A stretch of 64,000 nucleotides of DNA from assembly GCA_963841735.1 (NCBI GenBank), contig CAWJDT010000001.1, positions 256,001 to 320,000 of the forward strand, written 5' to 3'. The notes under the pieces were generated by a model. It did no database searches and was not told the DNA's origin. It saw only the letters and a list, made by a program, of their open reading frames with translations. Source of the DNA: an uncultured Actinomycetes bacterium. Lineage in GTDB: Bacteria; Actinomycetota; Thermoleophilia; RBG-16-64-13. The position numbers and the translations under genes were made by a program. Shown here piece by piece: positions 42,835-52,812 of this stretch. Positions within the stretch are counted from its first letter, which is position 1; the number at the start of each line of letters is the position of its first letter.

Positions 42835-44100
42835 CTATTCCTCCGGTCTACAGGTGTCAACCGCTTCGGCATCCTCGAAGGCATCGGGGCCGGATTTCTC
42901 CGGCAGCCCGCTGCCAAAAACCAGAGTGTAGGTGTGCCGGGCGATCATCAGGTCTTCGTTAGTAGGCACCACCATCACCCGACACCGGCTCTCGTCGGAG
43001 CTGATGGTCAGGGTCTGATCTTTGTTGCGCGCCGGGTCGAGCTCGACGCCGAGATGTTCGAGTCCCCGGCATATGAGGGCGCGGACAAGCGGAGCGTTCT
43101 CGCCAATGCCGGCCGTGAAGACCAGCAGATCAAGACCTCCCAAGACCGCGGCAAGGGAGCCGACGGTCTTGCGCGCCTGATAGCAGTACATCTCCACAGC
43201 CTGGGCCGCCGCCTCGTTGCAGGTGGCCCGTAGCCCCAGCAGAGTCTCCATGTCGGCCGTCTCGCCGGACACTCCCTTCAAGCCGCTCTCCTTGTCCAGC
43301 AGACGCTCCAGGGTCTCAGAATCGTAGCCCCATTCGCGCTGCAGATAGAGCAGCACCCCGGGATCCAAATCACCGCTGCGGGTGCCCATCATGAATCCCC
43401 CCATGGGGGTCATGCCCATGGTAGTGTCCATCGGCCGCCCGTTCAGACAAGCGACCATGCTCGCCCCATTGCCCAAGTGGGCAATTATCGCGCGGCCCCC
43501 GGCTCGGTTGCCCAATACGCTAAGAACATACTCGTACGAGAGCCCATGGAACCCGTACTTGTGCACTCCCTGCTCGAAGAACTGTCGGGGCAAGGCCAAC
43601 CGGCTGGCGACCTCTGGCATGCGCGCGTGGAAGCCGGTGTCGAAGCAGGCCACCTGAGGCAACCCCGGGCGCTGAGCACACAGGGCGTCGATCACACGTA
43701 GGCTCGCCGGCATATGCAGAGGCGCCCATGCCGTGTGCTCGCGCAGGTCCTCCAGCACATCCGGGACAAGCATGCGCGGTGTGAGGTAGTGAGGTCCCCC
43801 GTGCACCACGCGGTGCCCGACGGCCTCGATCGAAGGGACGCTCCTACCAGAGAGCGCGGCCAGAACCTGCTCGATGGCATCCTCATATTCCACATCGGGC
43901 AGCAGGCGATCAAGGAACAGGCTGCCCTGTCCGTCCGCGAACCATATGCGGCCCTTGCCCTGCCCGATCCCCTCAACCGCTCCTCGGGCCAGGAGTTCCT
44001 GGTCCAAGCCTTGACGTTCGCTCAAGCCCACCTCGTATAGATGAAACTTCAGCGACGAAGACCCGCTGTTGATGCACAGGATCGTCTGCGACTCGATCAT
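42835..44100 (-). CDS. ackA: Acetate kinase
   Basis: INSGSSSLKF, GHRVVHGG, FDTGFH, YGFHGLSY, HLGNGAS, FTAGIGEN, PTNE. Confidence 0.96.
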   Translation of the reverse strand: MIESQTILCINSGSSSLKFHLYEVGLSERQGLDQELLARGAVEGIGQGKGRIWFADGQGSLFLDRLLPDVEYEDAIEQVLAALSGRSVPSIEAVGHRVVHGGPHYLTPRMLVPDVLEDLREHTAWAPLHMPASLRVIDALCAQRPGLPQVACFDTGFHARMPEVASRLALPRQFFEQGVHKYGFHGLSYEYVLSVLGNRAGGRAIIAHLGNGASMVACLNGRPMDTTMGMTPMGGFMMGTRSGDLDPGVLLYLQREWGYDSETLERLLDKESGLKGVSGETADMETLLGLRATCNEAAAQAVEMYCYQARKTVGSLAAVLGGLDLLVFTAGIGENAPLVRALICRGLEHLGVELDPARNKDQTLTISSDESRCRVMVVPTNEDLMIARHTYTLVFGSGLPEKSGPDAFEDAEAVDTCRPEE

Positions 44101-44708
44101 GAGGTCATCGCCTTTCGTCGCTCGCCCTGGGTGCTCGGACGCTTCAGTTCGCTCCAGCGGAAACAATCCACTGTGTGATCGTTTACCATGCCGGTTGCCT
44201 GCATATGCGCATACATGATAGTCGGTCCGACGAACCGGAACCCGCGCTTCTTTAGATCGACACTCAGGCGCTCAGCCGCTACCGTCTTGACCGGGATCTC
44301 CTCGATGCAACGCCAGTCGCCAGGCAGGGTCTCTCCGTCGACAAACTGCCAGACATATTCGTCGAAACTGCCGAACTCCCCTTGTATCTGCAAAAATGCC
44401 TGCGCGTTAACAATCGCCGCCTTGATCTTGAGCCGATTGCGCACGATCCCCGAGTCGCCCAGCAAACGCTCAACATCCGCCTCCCCAAAAGCAGCGACCT
44501 TCGACGGATCAAAGCCCGCGAATGCCCGCCGGTAGCCCTCCCGCTTCCGCAGGATCGTCAGCCAACTTAGACCGGCCTGCGCTCCCTCCAGAACCAGGAA
44601 CTCGAACAGAAGCCGGTCGTCGTGCACCGGCACTCCCCACTCCTCGTCGTGATAGGCGATGTAGAGGGGGTCCTCCCCGGCCCAGGCGCAGCGCGTCAGC
44701 GTACTCAT
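44097..44708 (-). CDS. tag: DNA-3-methyladenine glycosylase I
   Basis: RCAW, YHDEEWG, LEGAQAGLSW, IVRNRLKI, FVGPT, NDHTVDC. Confidence 0.96.
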   Translation of the reverse strand: MSTLTRCAWAGEDPLYIAYHDEEWGVPVHDDRLLFEFLVLEGAQAGLSWLTILRKREGYRRAFAGFDPSKVAAFGEADVERLLGDSGIVRNRLKIKAAIVNAQAFLQIQGEFGSFDEYVWQFVDGETLPGDWRCIEEIPVKTVAAERLSVDLKKRGFRFVGPTIMYAHMQATGMVNDHTVDCFRWSELKRPSTQGERRKAMTS

Positions 44709-44843
44709 TGTTCGAATGTAGCACAGCCCGGTCACCCGCCGAGAACCGCCGACACGCGCAGACGGTATGATGAGCGACGTGAGCAAGACCCCACAGCAGA
44801 GACACCTGGACCCCACACCGCATTCCAGCCCGACAGCGACGCC

Positions 44844-46103
44844 GTGCGGCTGACGCGCAGCCCCTCATACCGCTGGGTCATACTGGCCGTAGCCTTCTTG
44901 GGCATCTTCGGGGCGGCCGGCCTCAGCCGCTTTGGCTACAGCGCCGTGCTGCCCGATATGCAGAAGACCCTGGGGCTGAGCGGAGCCGAATCCGGATCGC
45001 TGGCGTCGTGGAATCTTGCCGGCTACACCATCATGGCCCTGGTGGGAGGCTTTCTGGCCTCGCGTTTCGGCGCCCGCAAAGTTGTGACCATCGGCATGGT
45101 GGTCACCGCGGCGGGCATGCTGCTGACCGGCCTCTCCGCAAACCTGGCCACGGCTTCGGCCGCGCGCCTGCTGACCGGCTTGGGCAACGGTGTGGTGATG
45201 GCCCCTTCGGTAATGCTCATATCATCCTGGTTTGACACCCGCCAGCTTGGACTGGCATCGGCGATCGCCTCCTCAGGGACGGGTCTCGGGCTGGTGGTAG
45301 CGGGACCGTTGGTACCCCGCATCATCGCGGACAGCGGCGAGGCGGGGTGGCGCATCTCCTGGTACGTCTTCGCCGCTGTGGCGCTCTTCATGGCGCTCTT
45401 GACGGTGATCCTCGGACGCGACCGGCCCTACCGCGCCCCCGGCGCAGACCCGCCGCAAGACGCTACCCGTCGAACCCAACGAAAGTCCATCCGCTCCGAT
45501 TTGCGCGAGGTGCTACGCTCACGCTATGCCTGGCACCTGGGGCTCATCTATGTGCTCTACGGTTTTGCCTATCTTATCTACTACACGTTCTTCCAGAAGC
45601 GCCTTACCACCGATCTCGGGCTGAGCGCGGGCACAGCCGGCACCCTCTTCCTGATAGCCGGCGCAGCCAGCCTGGTGTGCGGTTCGTTCTGGGGCGCCTT
45701 CTCCGACCGAGTGGGCCGTGGCCGGGCGCTGGCGGCCATCTTCGTCTCAGAGGCCGTGGCTGCCTGCCTCCTGGCTTTCCGGCCCGGGTCGGCCGGCCTG
45801 GTGATCTCAGCCGTGATCTTCGGTTCGGGAGTCTTTAGCGTGCCCGGCCTCATGGGTGCCGCCTGCGGTGAACACTTCGAAACAAGGCTCGCGTTCGCGT
45901 CCTTTGGCTTTGTCACCGTGTTCATCGGCATCGGGCAGACGCTCGGACCATATGTGGGAGGTCTGCTCGAAGACAAATCGGGCACGCTCAGCACCTCGTA
46001 CCTGCTTTCGGCCGGCGTCTTCGTCGTGGGCGCCGTCGTGGCCCTGTTGCTGCCGGACGCCCGAGTGGCTGAGGGGGCGCAGGGGCCCGTCTCCATAACT
46101 TAG
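44844..46103 (+). CDS. MFS transporter (YbfB/YjiJ-like)
   Basis: About 12 hydrophobic segments, GLSRFGYS..LP.M, GAFSDRVGR. Start uncertain. Confidence 0.88.
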   Translation: MRLTRSPSYRWVILAVAFLGIFGAAGLSRFGYSAVLPDMQKTLGLSGAESGSLASWNLAGYTIMALVGGFLASRFGARKVVTIGMVVTAAGMLLTGLSANLATASAARLLTGLGNGVVMAPSVMLISSWFDTRQLGLASAIASSGTGLGLVVAGPLVPRIIADSGEAGWRISWYVFAAVALFMALLTVILGRDRPYRAPGADPPQDATRRTQRKSIRSDLREVLRSRYAWHLGLIYVLYGFAYLIYYTFFQKRLTTDLGLSAGTAGTLFLIAGAASLVCGSFWGAFSDRVGRGRALAAIFVSEAVAACLLAFRPGSAGLVISAVIFGSGVFSVPGLMGAACGEHFETRLAFASFGFVTVFIGIGQTLGPYVGGLLEDKSGTLSTSYLLSAGVFVVGAVVALLLPDARVAEGAQGPVSIT

Positions 46104-46105
46104 TA

Positions 46106-46182
46106 GCCGAGGGGCACAGGGTCCCCTTTCGTTCGCGCACCCTACCATGCGCGACTCACCCGGGGACCCTACGCCCCTCGGC
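46106..46182. terminator. Long hairpin between convergent genes (possible bidirectional terminator)
   Basis: GCCGAGGGGCacAGGGTCCCC / GGGGACCCTacGCCCCTCGGC with inner stem TCGCGCA/TGCGCGA. Confidence 0.6.
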
Positions 46183-46185
46183 CTT

Positions 46186-46893
46186 TCAGCCCGCTTCGTC
46201 GCCCCAGCTATGGCCTCGAAAGACCGCTGCCGCATTGCCGACGATGGCATCTCCGTGTGCGAAACAGGCCGTCTCGAAATCCTCTTGGCCCAGCCTACTC
46301 AGGCTCTTCAGGCCTTCGGCCAAGTCCTCGTAGATAGGCGAGAGAACCAGCCCATCGACGTTCTTGCCCGCGTCGCCCACAAAGAGCACCCCACCGTCCC
46401 CGGGCCAAAGAAACGACAGGTGTCCCAGTGCGTGGCCCGGAGTGCCCAGAACCGTGATGCCGCCCGCCACCGGGATGATCTCCCCGGGTTGGGCCTCTTG
46501 GTCTGCCTCCACGGGAGTGCACGTCTGGGGACTCGCCATGACGATATTGGTGGCAAAGTCAAGGTTCTTCTGTCCGGGGGCGGGCTTCCACGGACGATAC
46601 GTCCGCCCGGCGCGCACCATCGCCGCCTCGGCGGGGTGCATCCACAACCTCGCTCCCGTGGCCGCCTTGATCTCGGCCAGGCCGCAGGCGTGGTCGGGGT
46701 GGCAGTGCGTGCCGAGTATGTCGCGGATCTCATCGGTGCGCCGGCCCAGCGCGCGCACGGCCTCCTCTACAGCAGCCATGCTCCCCTCAAAGCCGGCGTC
46801 GATGAGCGTCAAGCCCTCCGGCAGCACGATCAAGAAGAGGCTGAGCGCACCCGCGTCCACCGCGTACACATGCTCGGTCACCTGGCTGTTCAC
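46186..46893 (-). CDS. MBL-fold metallo-hydrolase
   Basis: LIDAG, THCHPDH, TPGHALGH, VGDA, FAHG. GTG start with AAGGA RBS. Confidence 0.9.
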   Translation of the reverse strand: MNSQVTEHVYAVDAGALSLFLIVLPEGLTLIDAGFEGSMAAVEEAVRALGRRTDEIRDILGTHCHPDHACGLAEIKAATGARLWMHPAEAAMVRAGRTYRPWKPAPGQKNLDFATNIVMASPQTCTPVEADQEAQPGEIIPVAGGITVLGTPGHALGHLSFLWPGDGGVLFVGDAGKNVDGLVLSPIYEDLAEGLKSLSRLGQEDFETACFAHGDAIVGNAAAVFRGHSWGDEAG

Positions 46894-47075
46894 CCGCGGG
46901 CCCGTCCTTTCGGTCTTGGTTGAAGCGATACTAGCAGGCACCGCCAAATAGCCGCATCGATGCCCGGTAGAATCTTCGCGCGCGCAACCCGACGGGCGGC
47001 GGCGCTTCTCCGGCCGAGACTCACTACCAGTGGCTTCTCAACACCCAGTCCCAACAGCACCAGGATTTGCCCGCC

Positions 47076-48101
47076 TTAGGCGAAGCCCAGTTCCGCCGCG
47101 TTGTCGTGGTAGAGCAGCTGCTTCTCCGGTGAGGTCATGCCCCGGCTTTCCAAGAAGGCGATGCTCTCGGTCATCTCCTCGTAGGGGTAGTCGGTGCCCA
47201 GCAGGATCTTCTCCATGCCCAAGGCGTCACGGGTACAGTTGAACGCCCCCGCGAAGTAGTTGCCGCTGGTGGTCACCACCATATTGTCGCGCAGGTATTC
47301 GCTGGGCACTTTCTTCAGATCGGGCACCGCGTCGGGATCGGCCGCTTTGATGTGCGGGCGCACGAAGGGGTGGTCGATGCGCTGGTTGAGGAAGGGCAGA
47401 CCCTCGCCGTAGTGGCCCAGCATGATCTTCAGCCCGGGAAACGCGTCGAAGGCGCCGCTGAGTACCAGCCGCATCATGGCCGTCGCCGTCTCCAGGCCGA
47501 AACCGAAAGCCGCGCCGGCCAGTGCCAGACCGTAGGTGCGCAGCTCGCTGATCATGGGAGCGGTGGGATGCAGGTAGATGGGCACCTTCAGCTCTTCGCA
47601 CTTGGCCAGAATAGGCCAGTAGCGCTTGTCGTCTATGAAGGAGTCGGCGAAGTTGGAGTGCGTCTTCCAGCCTTTGAGGCCCAGTTCCTTGACCGCCCGT
47701 TCCAGCTCCTTGACCGCCGCCTCAGAGTCCTTGGGCGCCAGAGCGGCAAAACCGGCAAGACGGTCGGGATACTTCTGGATGGCTTCCGCCAGAGCGTCGT
47801 TGACCCGCATGGCCAAGCGGGTGCCGGCTGCCGGCGCGAGGTGGTCCACGCCGGGCGCGGTGAGCGACAGCACTGCCAAATCGATGCCTGCCGCGTCCAT
47901 CTCCTTGATGCGGCCCTCGCCCAGGTCGAGCAGCCGGTCGAGCAGCTTGTCGCCAAACGGCTCGAATGCTTCGGGCCAATACCAGAGCCGGCGCTTGCCG
48001 GTAACGGGGTCTTCGGTCAACCGAGGATAGACGTCTTCGCCGTACAGGGAGTCCACCCATTCCGGAGTAGCGAAGTGGGTCTCGAGATCGATGATCTTCA
48101 T
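47076..48101 (-). CDS. Amidohydrolase-2 family, hydroxybenzoate/resorcylate decarboxylase-like
   Basis: IDLETHF, MDAAGIDLAVLS, PIYLHP, GHYGEGLP, TTSG, GTDYPYE. Confidence 0.88.
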   Translation of the reverse strand: MKIIDLETHFATPEWVDSLYGEDVYPRLTEDPVTGKRRLWYWPEAFEPFGDKLLDRLLDLGEGRIKEMDAAGIDLAVLSLTAPGVDHLAPAAGTRLAMRVNDALAEAIQKYPDRLAGFAALAPKDSEAAVKELERAVKELGLKGWKTHSNFADSFIDDKRYWPILAKCEELKVPIYLHPTAPMISELRTYGLALAGAAFGFGLETATAMMRLVLSGAFDAFPGLKIMLGHYGEGLPFLNQRIDHPFVRPHIKAADPDAVPDLKKVPSEYLRDNMVVTTSGNYFAGAFNCTRDALGMEKILLGTDYPYEEMTESIAFLESRGMTSPEKQLLYHDNAAELGFA

Positions 48102-48156
48102 AGCCTGGCCTTTCGGGTAATGGCTGCGCGGCATGACGGCGCCTCTCTTGGCGCTC

Positions 48157-48447
48157 TCAGCCGCCAGCGATGGGTAGGAAGATGAGCACATCGTCACCTT
48201 TGACTAGGATGGTTTGCGGCGCCTGCTGCGCACTCAGATCGCGACCGTTGACCACAATACGGAGCGGAGCGTAAGGGCTGGTCGCCTGAGGATTACCCGC
48301 ATAGCGGGCGAAAGCCTCGCCCTTCTCCTCGGCGAGCATGTCGAGCAACCCGCCCACGGTGGTCCCGTCGGGCACCGACCTGGCCACCTCTGCCTGGCCC
48401 AGCAGTTGCCTGGTGAGGCCGACGCCCCTGACCTTGACTTCCACCAT
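48157..48447 (-). CDS. moaD: MoaD/ThiS ubiquitin-like sulfur carrier
   Basis: IVVNGR, C-terminal PIAGG. ATG overlaps the AOR stop. Confidence 0.88.
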   Translation of the reverse strand: MVEVKVRGVGLTRQLLGQAEVARSVPDGTTVGGLLDMLAEEKGEAFARYAGNPQATSPYAPLRIVVNGRDLSAQQAPQTILVKGDDVLIFLPIAGG

Positions 48448-50321
48448 TAGAGACCCAGCCGCTCGGCCACGTAGCCCAGCCGCAACTCTTCCAACTTGGC
48501 GCGCGTGGGCGCTCCCTCGTGCGTCCAGCCCCGAGCCTCGTAATACTCGTCGAGCATGGCATCCAGGTCGGCCTGAGAGATCATCTCGCCCTTGGAGGCC
48601 CCTTCCTTTATGGGCTCGGTCTTGAGGCGCTCGGGCAGGTCGTCGTCGGCCCTGGTGAAGCCGGCCAGGATATTGAAGGCCCTGGCCACATTGTTGATGC
48701 GCTCGCCCACCTGGTGCACCTCTTCGGGTGTGAACTCGAGGCCTGTGAGCCCCCTCATGATGTCGGCGGTGTTCTCGAACATGAAGTCGGCCACAGCCAT
48801 GTCCATGAGAAACACACACATGGTCGACGAGTCGGCGATGGCCGTGCGGGCGTCTTGGTTCCACTTGGTGAGCTTGCCCTTGCCCTCGATCGCCAGCCGG
48901 TCTACCGCGTAGGGGATGGGGATGCCGAAGATCTCCTGGAAGGCATATCCCTTGTTGTGATCAGCTCCGGTGAACGCCGTGGCCAGGCTGAGGCCGTGAG
49001 CTTTGGCTCCCCGCACGTCATAGCCGGGTAGTTCCAGGCCCTTGATGTGCATGGCGTACTTCTCGCTGCCTTTGCCGATCTTGGCCGCGGCCGCCTTGGT
49101 GCCGTCGGCAAGGAGGTCGCCCAGCCCAGGCTGCCTCTCACCCATCATGTGCAGCAGCTTGACCATCGACTGGTCGTTGCCGAAATGGAGGTCCATGCCC
49201 CCGGTGTCTCCCAGCGTGAGGATGCCCTTCTCGAACAACTCCATGGCAAAGGCGATGGTCACCCCGGCCGAGATGGTGTCGATGCCCAGTTCGTCGGAGA
49301 GGCGGTCGGCGGCGATGATGGCGTCGGGATTGTCGACCCCGGTCACCCCGCCAAAAGAGTATAGAGTCTCGTACTCCGGCCCTTCGGCGAGGATGCCCGT
49401 GTAGGGCGGCTCTTTGGCCAAGCGCATCTGGCTGCAGGCCACCGGACATCCGGCGCAGGCGGTCTTGCCCGCACTCAGGGCCTCTATCGCGAAGCCACCG
49501 ATCTTGTCGGCGGGAGTGAAGACGCCTGTACCCGACCAGTTGACCGCCGGGTAGATGCCCAGCGCCTGGGTGAGGTCCAAGGTGGTGGAAGTGCCGTAGC
49601 GCGAGAACTCGGGATAGAGGATAGGGCTCTTCTTCATGCCCTCGCGCATGCGCTTGCGCGCGGCGTCGTACTTCTCTTTGTCGGCGATCTGCACCTGCTG
49701 GTCGCCCCGCAGGGCGATGGCTTTGAGATTCTTGGAGCCCATGACCGCGCCCAGGCCCTTGCGACCGGCCACCCGACGCTCGTTGACGATAGCGGCCATC
49801 TTGGACAGCTTCTCACCCGCCGGCCCGATGCAGCTCACCCGCACGTTCTGGTCGTGAAGCTCGTCCTTGATAGCCTGCTGGGTGTCGCTGCTCCACATGC
49901 CCCATATCTTGGCGGCCGAACGGAACTTGACCTCGCCTTTCTTGATGTATAGGTAGGTGGGCTCCGCCGCCTTGCCCTCGATGATGATCGCGTCATAACC
50001 GGCGCGCTTCATCTCCACGGGAAAATGCCCGCCGGTGGTGGCCACACCCATGGCTCCCGTCGCCGGCGACTTGGCGTTGATGGCCATCCGGCTGGCGCAG
50101 GGGATGGTGCTGCCGGTGAGGGGCCCCGGAGCGTAGACCAGCTTGTTCTCCGGGCCCAGCGGGTCGCAGTCGGGCGGCACCTCATCGAAGACGTACTTGA
50201 CGGTAAGGCCCGACCCGCCTATGAAATCCTGAGCCACTTCCACGGGCAGTGGCTCTTCTTTGAAGGTCTTGCTGGTGAGATCTACCCTCAGGACCTTGCC
50301 GGTGTAGCCGCCGCGATACAT
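48447..50321 (-). CDS. aor: Tungsten aldehyde:ferredoxin oxidoreductase family
   Basis: LRVDL, KSPATG, CIGPAGE, GLGAVMGSKNLKAI, CAGCPVAC, GPEYET, YYEARGW. Confidence 0.95.
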   Translation of the reverse strand: MYRGGYTGKVLRVDLTSKTFKEEPLPVEVAQDFIGGSGLTVKYVFDEVPPDCDPLGPENKLVYAPGPLTGSTIPCASRMAINAKSPATGAMGVATTGGHFPVEMKRAGYDAIIIEGKAAEPTYLYIKKGEVKFRSAAKIWGMWSSDTQQAIKDELHDQNVRVSCIGPAGEKLSKMAAIVNERRVAGRKGLGAVMGSKNLKAIALRGDQQVQIADKEKYDAARKRMREGMKKSPILYPEFSRYGTSTTLDLTQALGIYPAVNWSGTGVFTPADKIGGFAIEALSAGKTACAGCPVACSQMRLAKEPPYTGILAEGPEYETLYSFGGVTGVDNPDAIIAADRLSDELGIDTISAGVTIAFAMELFEKGILTLGDTGGMDLHFGNDQSMVKLLHMMGERQPGLGDLLADGTKAAAAKIGKGSEKYAMHIKGLELPGYDVRGAKAHGLSLATAFTGADHNKGYAFQEIFGIPIPYAVDRLAIEGKGKLTKWNQDARTAIADSSTMCVFLMDMAVADFMFENTADIMRGLTGLEFTPEEVHQVGERINNVARAFNILAGFTRADDDLPERLKTEPIKEGASKGEMISQADLDAMLDEYYEARGWTHEGAPTRAKLEELRLGYVAERLGL

Positions 50322-50367
50322 GTCACACCTTTCCTAGTGAGGCGAAACCAGCGGGCTTCGTCTCCGC

Positions 50368-51519
50368 TTAGAAGTTCCGAGGCTCCGGCGCCAAGCCCGG
50401 CCGCCCCGGATACTTGGCAGCCACCTCTATCACCTTCGGATCGTCCAGCGCGGTGAGATGCCCCTTGTCGTGCACTAGTGTGTCCCCGACCCGGAAGGTC
50501 GGATTGCGAATGTCTCCCGTGATGTGCATCCAGTAAGGGTAGTCGACGGTGGCGGGTGGCGCACCGATGTGCACGTGGACGTTGCAGGTGTGGGAGTGTT
50601 CTATCAACCGGCGATGCAGCACGTTGGGGCACTGGTGCGGAGCGATCACTGCCTGCGGGTGGACACCGAAGTGCAGGGTGTTGAGAGAGTAGACCCCCTC
50701 GCCCAGGCGCCCGCGCATCATATCGAGGAACCTCTTGAGCGCTTCCGCCTCGCTACCCCCGACGATCTTAGTGATCTTGCCATCTTGCACAGTCAGGCTG
50801 ATAGGGCTTTCGAAGTAAGGCGAGATGCCTATGTAGCGAGACCACCAGCTGTGCATGCAGTCAAACACAAAGGTCCCGCTCAAGTTGCCCATGCTGACAG
50901 GAATACTCACCCACTCCGGCCAGGGCCGGTAGACACCGAACTCCTCCCTTCGCACCCAGTAGGTGGGGAAGGAGGGGTTGGTGGAGGGCAGTATCACGCC
51001 CTCCAGATGCGTCCCGTTGGGGTCGGACAACTCCCACGAAAGACCGGGCTGCATGCCCAGTGAAGCGCGATAGCGTATCTCGCTCACCAACTCGTTGGGC
51101 GTCTGCGCCCACGCGGAACAGAGAAGAGGCGCCGTTGTGGCGAAGTTGCGCACCATCGGCTTCTTGTTCTCGGTGCTCCACTTCCTGAACTCGGAGAGCT
51201 CTTCTCGGACGACGTTGAAGGAGTGATTGATCAGAACGTCGCAGCCGGCCATCGCGGCCTTCGCGATGGGCGGCAGCCGCCATTCGTGCGCCCGGGCAGG
51301 TTCGTCGATCCACAGCACCGACGCATTCGCGCCCCGAAACTTGATGCCCGACTCGATCCAGGAGATTGCCTCCCGGTCGACCATGTTGTCTCCCCCGTGG
51401 AGGCCATCGGTGTGAGCAAGAATCAGGACTTCCTGCCCAGGCTGGATCCTGGCACAGTTGTCCAGCAGGTCGCCGACGGCTATCGCCGCCTCCTTGGGAA
51501 TGCCACCCTGGTCACTCAT
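50368..51519 (-). CDS. Divergent peptidase-M29/NicX-like metalloprotein
   Basis: I.PGQEVLIL, NGTHL, GTFVFD, SPISLTVQDGKITKIVGG.EA, LHFGVHP, VHVHIG, MHITG, G.LVHDKGHL. Confidence 0.7.
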   Translation of the reverse strand: MSDQGGIPKEAAIAVGDLLDNCARIQPGQEVLILAHTDGLHGGDNMVDREAISWIESGIKFRGANASVLWIDEPARAHEWRLPPIAKAAMAGCDVLINHSFNVVREELSEFRKWSTENKKPMVRNFATTAPLLCSAWAQTPNELVSEIRYRASLGMQPGLSWELSDPNGTHLEGVILPSTNPSFPTYWVRREEFGVYRPWPEWVSIPVSMGNLSGTFVFDCMHSWWSRYIGISPYFESPISLTVQDGKITKIVGGSEAEALKRFLDMMRGRLGEGVYSLNTLHFGVHPQAVIAPHQCPNVLHRRLIEHSHTCNVHVHIGAPPATVDYPYWMHITGDIRNPTFRVGDTLVHDKGHLTALDDPKVIEVAAKYPGRPGLAPEPRNF

Positions 51520-51692
51520 GATGTCCCACTCCTACGCGGTCCGCTTACAGTCGCACCATCACGGTCTGCACTCTACAGGAGATACCACGCCGGGACGACG
51601 GTCATCAAGACACGCTCGTACAAAGGCTCGGGCAGCAACCGACCGGGGCTGTCCTGTGGAACACATCCCCAGCGCCCGAGCCCAATCGCGAC

Positions 51693-51720
51693 AAAGAAAA
51701 GGGGCGCCTTTCGGCGCCCC
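51693..51720 (-). terminator. Rho-independent terminator
   Basis: GGGGCGCC-GAAA-GGCGCCCC-TTTTCTTT on the minus strand. Confidence 0.88.
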
Positions 51721-51765
51721 CCAGAGGAGGGAGACATGGCAAGAACGGCCCCTCGAAGGGGCCGG

Positions 51766-52755
51766 CTACTTCAGATACCGATCGACGAACGCAAAGACTC
51801 GGCTCAGGTTCTCCGGGGTTGCGAAGGCCGGATCAGCATGCCCCGCGCCCTGTAGGAGATCCAACTCGTACCGATGGCCGCCCACTCGCTCTTCAATGGC
51901 CCGGGCGAACTCCACCGACTGCTGGTACGGCACAGTGGAATCCAACGTCCCGTGCTGGATCAAGATGGGAGCCATGCCCTCATGGACGTAGGTCATCGGG
52001 TTGGCAGCCCGGACCTTATCCGGTACCTCGCGGATGATCCGGCCCAAGTACCTCGACTCGGGCGAGTCGGCCTCACTGTGGTCACAAGGCCCCAGACCAC
52101 TTGCGGCAAGCTGCTCATCCATCTTCAAGAAGTCGGTGGGCCCGAACCAATCGACTCCTACCGCCACTTCGGACGAGTACTCCGCGTTGCCCAGTGCCGG
52201 GTCATCGAACAGAGCGACGTGGGACGAGACGCAGATCATCGCGGCATAATTGGCGCCGGACGACCCACCGCACGCGCATATCCGGCTGGGGTCCAGCCCG
52301 TACTCTGTCCCATGAGCCCGCACCCAGCGGATGGCCGCCTTGGCATCCTGCAGACCCGCCGGAAAGATGGCTTCGCCGCTCAGACGGTAGTTCACGCTCA
52401 CAACAGCGTAGCCGCGCACCAGTCCTACCAGATGAGGGTAGAGATTGTCGTCGCGTTTGTCGCCGATCTCGAACGCGCCGCCGTGAGTGTAGAACAGCAC
52501 CGGGAACGGCCCGCCACCCTCTTCGGGCAGGTAGATATCAAGCTGCTGGACGGCGGAGGTGGGAGCGTAGGTGACGTCCAGCCACTTCCGACGGATGTGC
52601 GAGACATCAGCCGTCGGGATCTGGAATTCTTCACCCGGATGCTCCAGCATCCACAGCTCCCTCGGCGAGCCCGACTTCGCCGGGACGCCCGGCATCCCAG
52701 GAGCCCAGGTCGCTCCGGGCGTTCCACTATTGTGAGGTCCATTAGGAGTTTTCAT
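51766..52755 (-). CDS. Alpha/beta hydrolase (HSL/BD-FAE-like esterase)
   Basis: LDIYLP, HGGAF, VNYRL, GGSSG nucleophile motif, HGTLD..VP, GAGH. Confidence 0.9.
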   Translation of the reverse strand: MKTPNGPHNSGTPGATWAPGMPGVPAKSGSPRELWMLEHPGEEFQIPTADVSHIRRKWLDVTYAPTSAVQQLDIYLPEEGGGPFPVLFYTHGGAFEIGDKRDDNLYPHLVGLVRGYAVVSVNYRLSGEAIFPAGLQDAKAAIRWVRAHGTEYGLDPSRICACGGSSGANYAAMICVSSHVALFDDPALGNAEYSSEVAVGVDWFGPTDFLKMDEQLAASGLGPCDHSEADSPESRYLGRIIREVPDKVRAANPMTYVHEGMAPILIQHGTLDSTVPYQQSVEFARAIEERVGGHRYELDLLQGAGHADPAFATPENLSRVFAFVDRYLK

Positions 52756-52812
52756 AAAGCCTTTCCTCGGTCAAAACAGAGTCAGGGCTGGTGCCGCAGT
52801 GCGCACGGCACA

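Noticed and set aside
44766-44853. Short leaderless ORF (GTG 44779) upstream of the MFS gene as a leader peptide
   Set aside because: Cannot be distinguished from an indel in the MFS 5' end or from chance.
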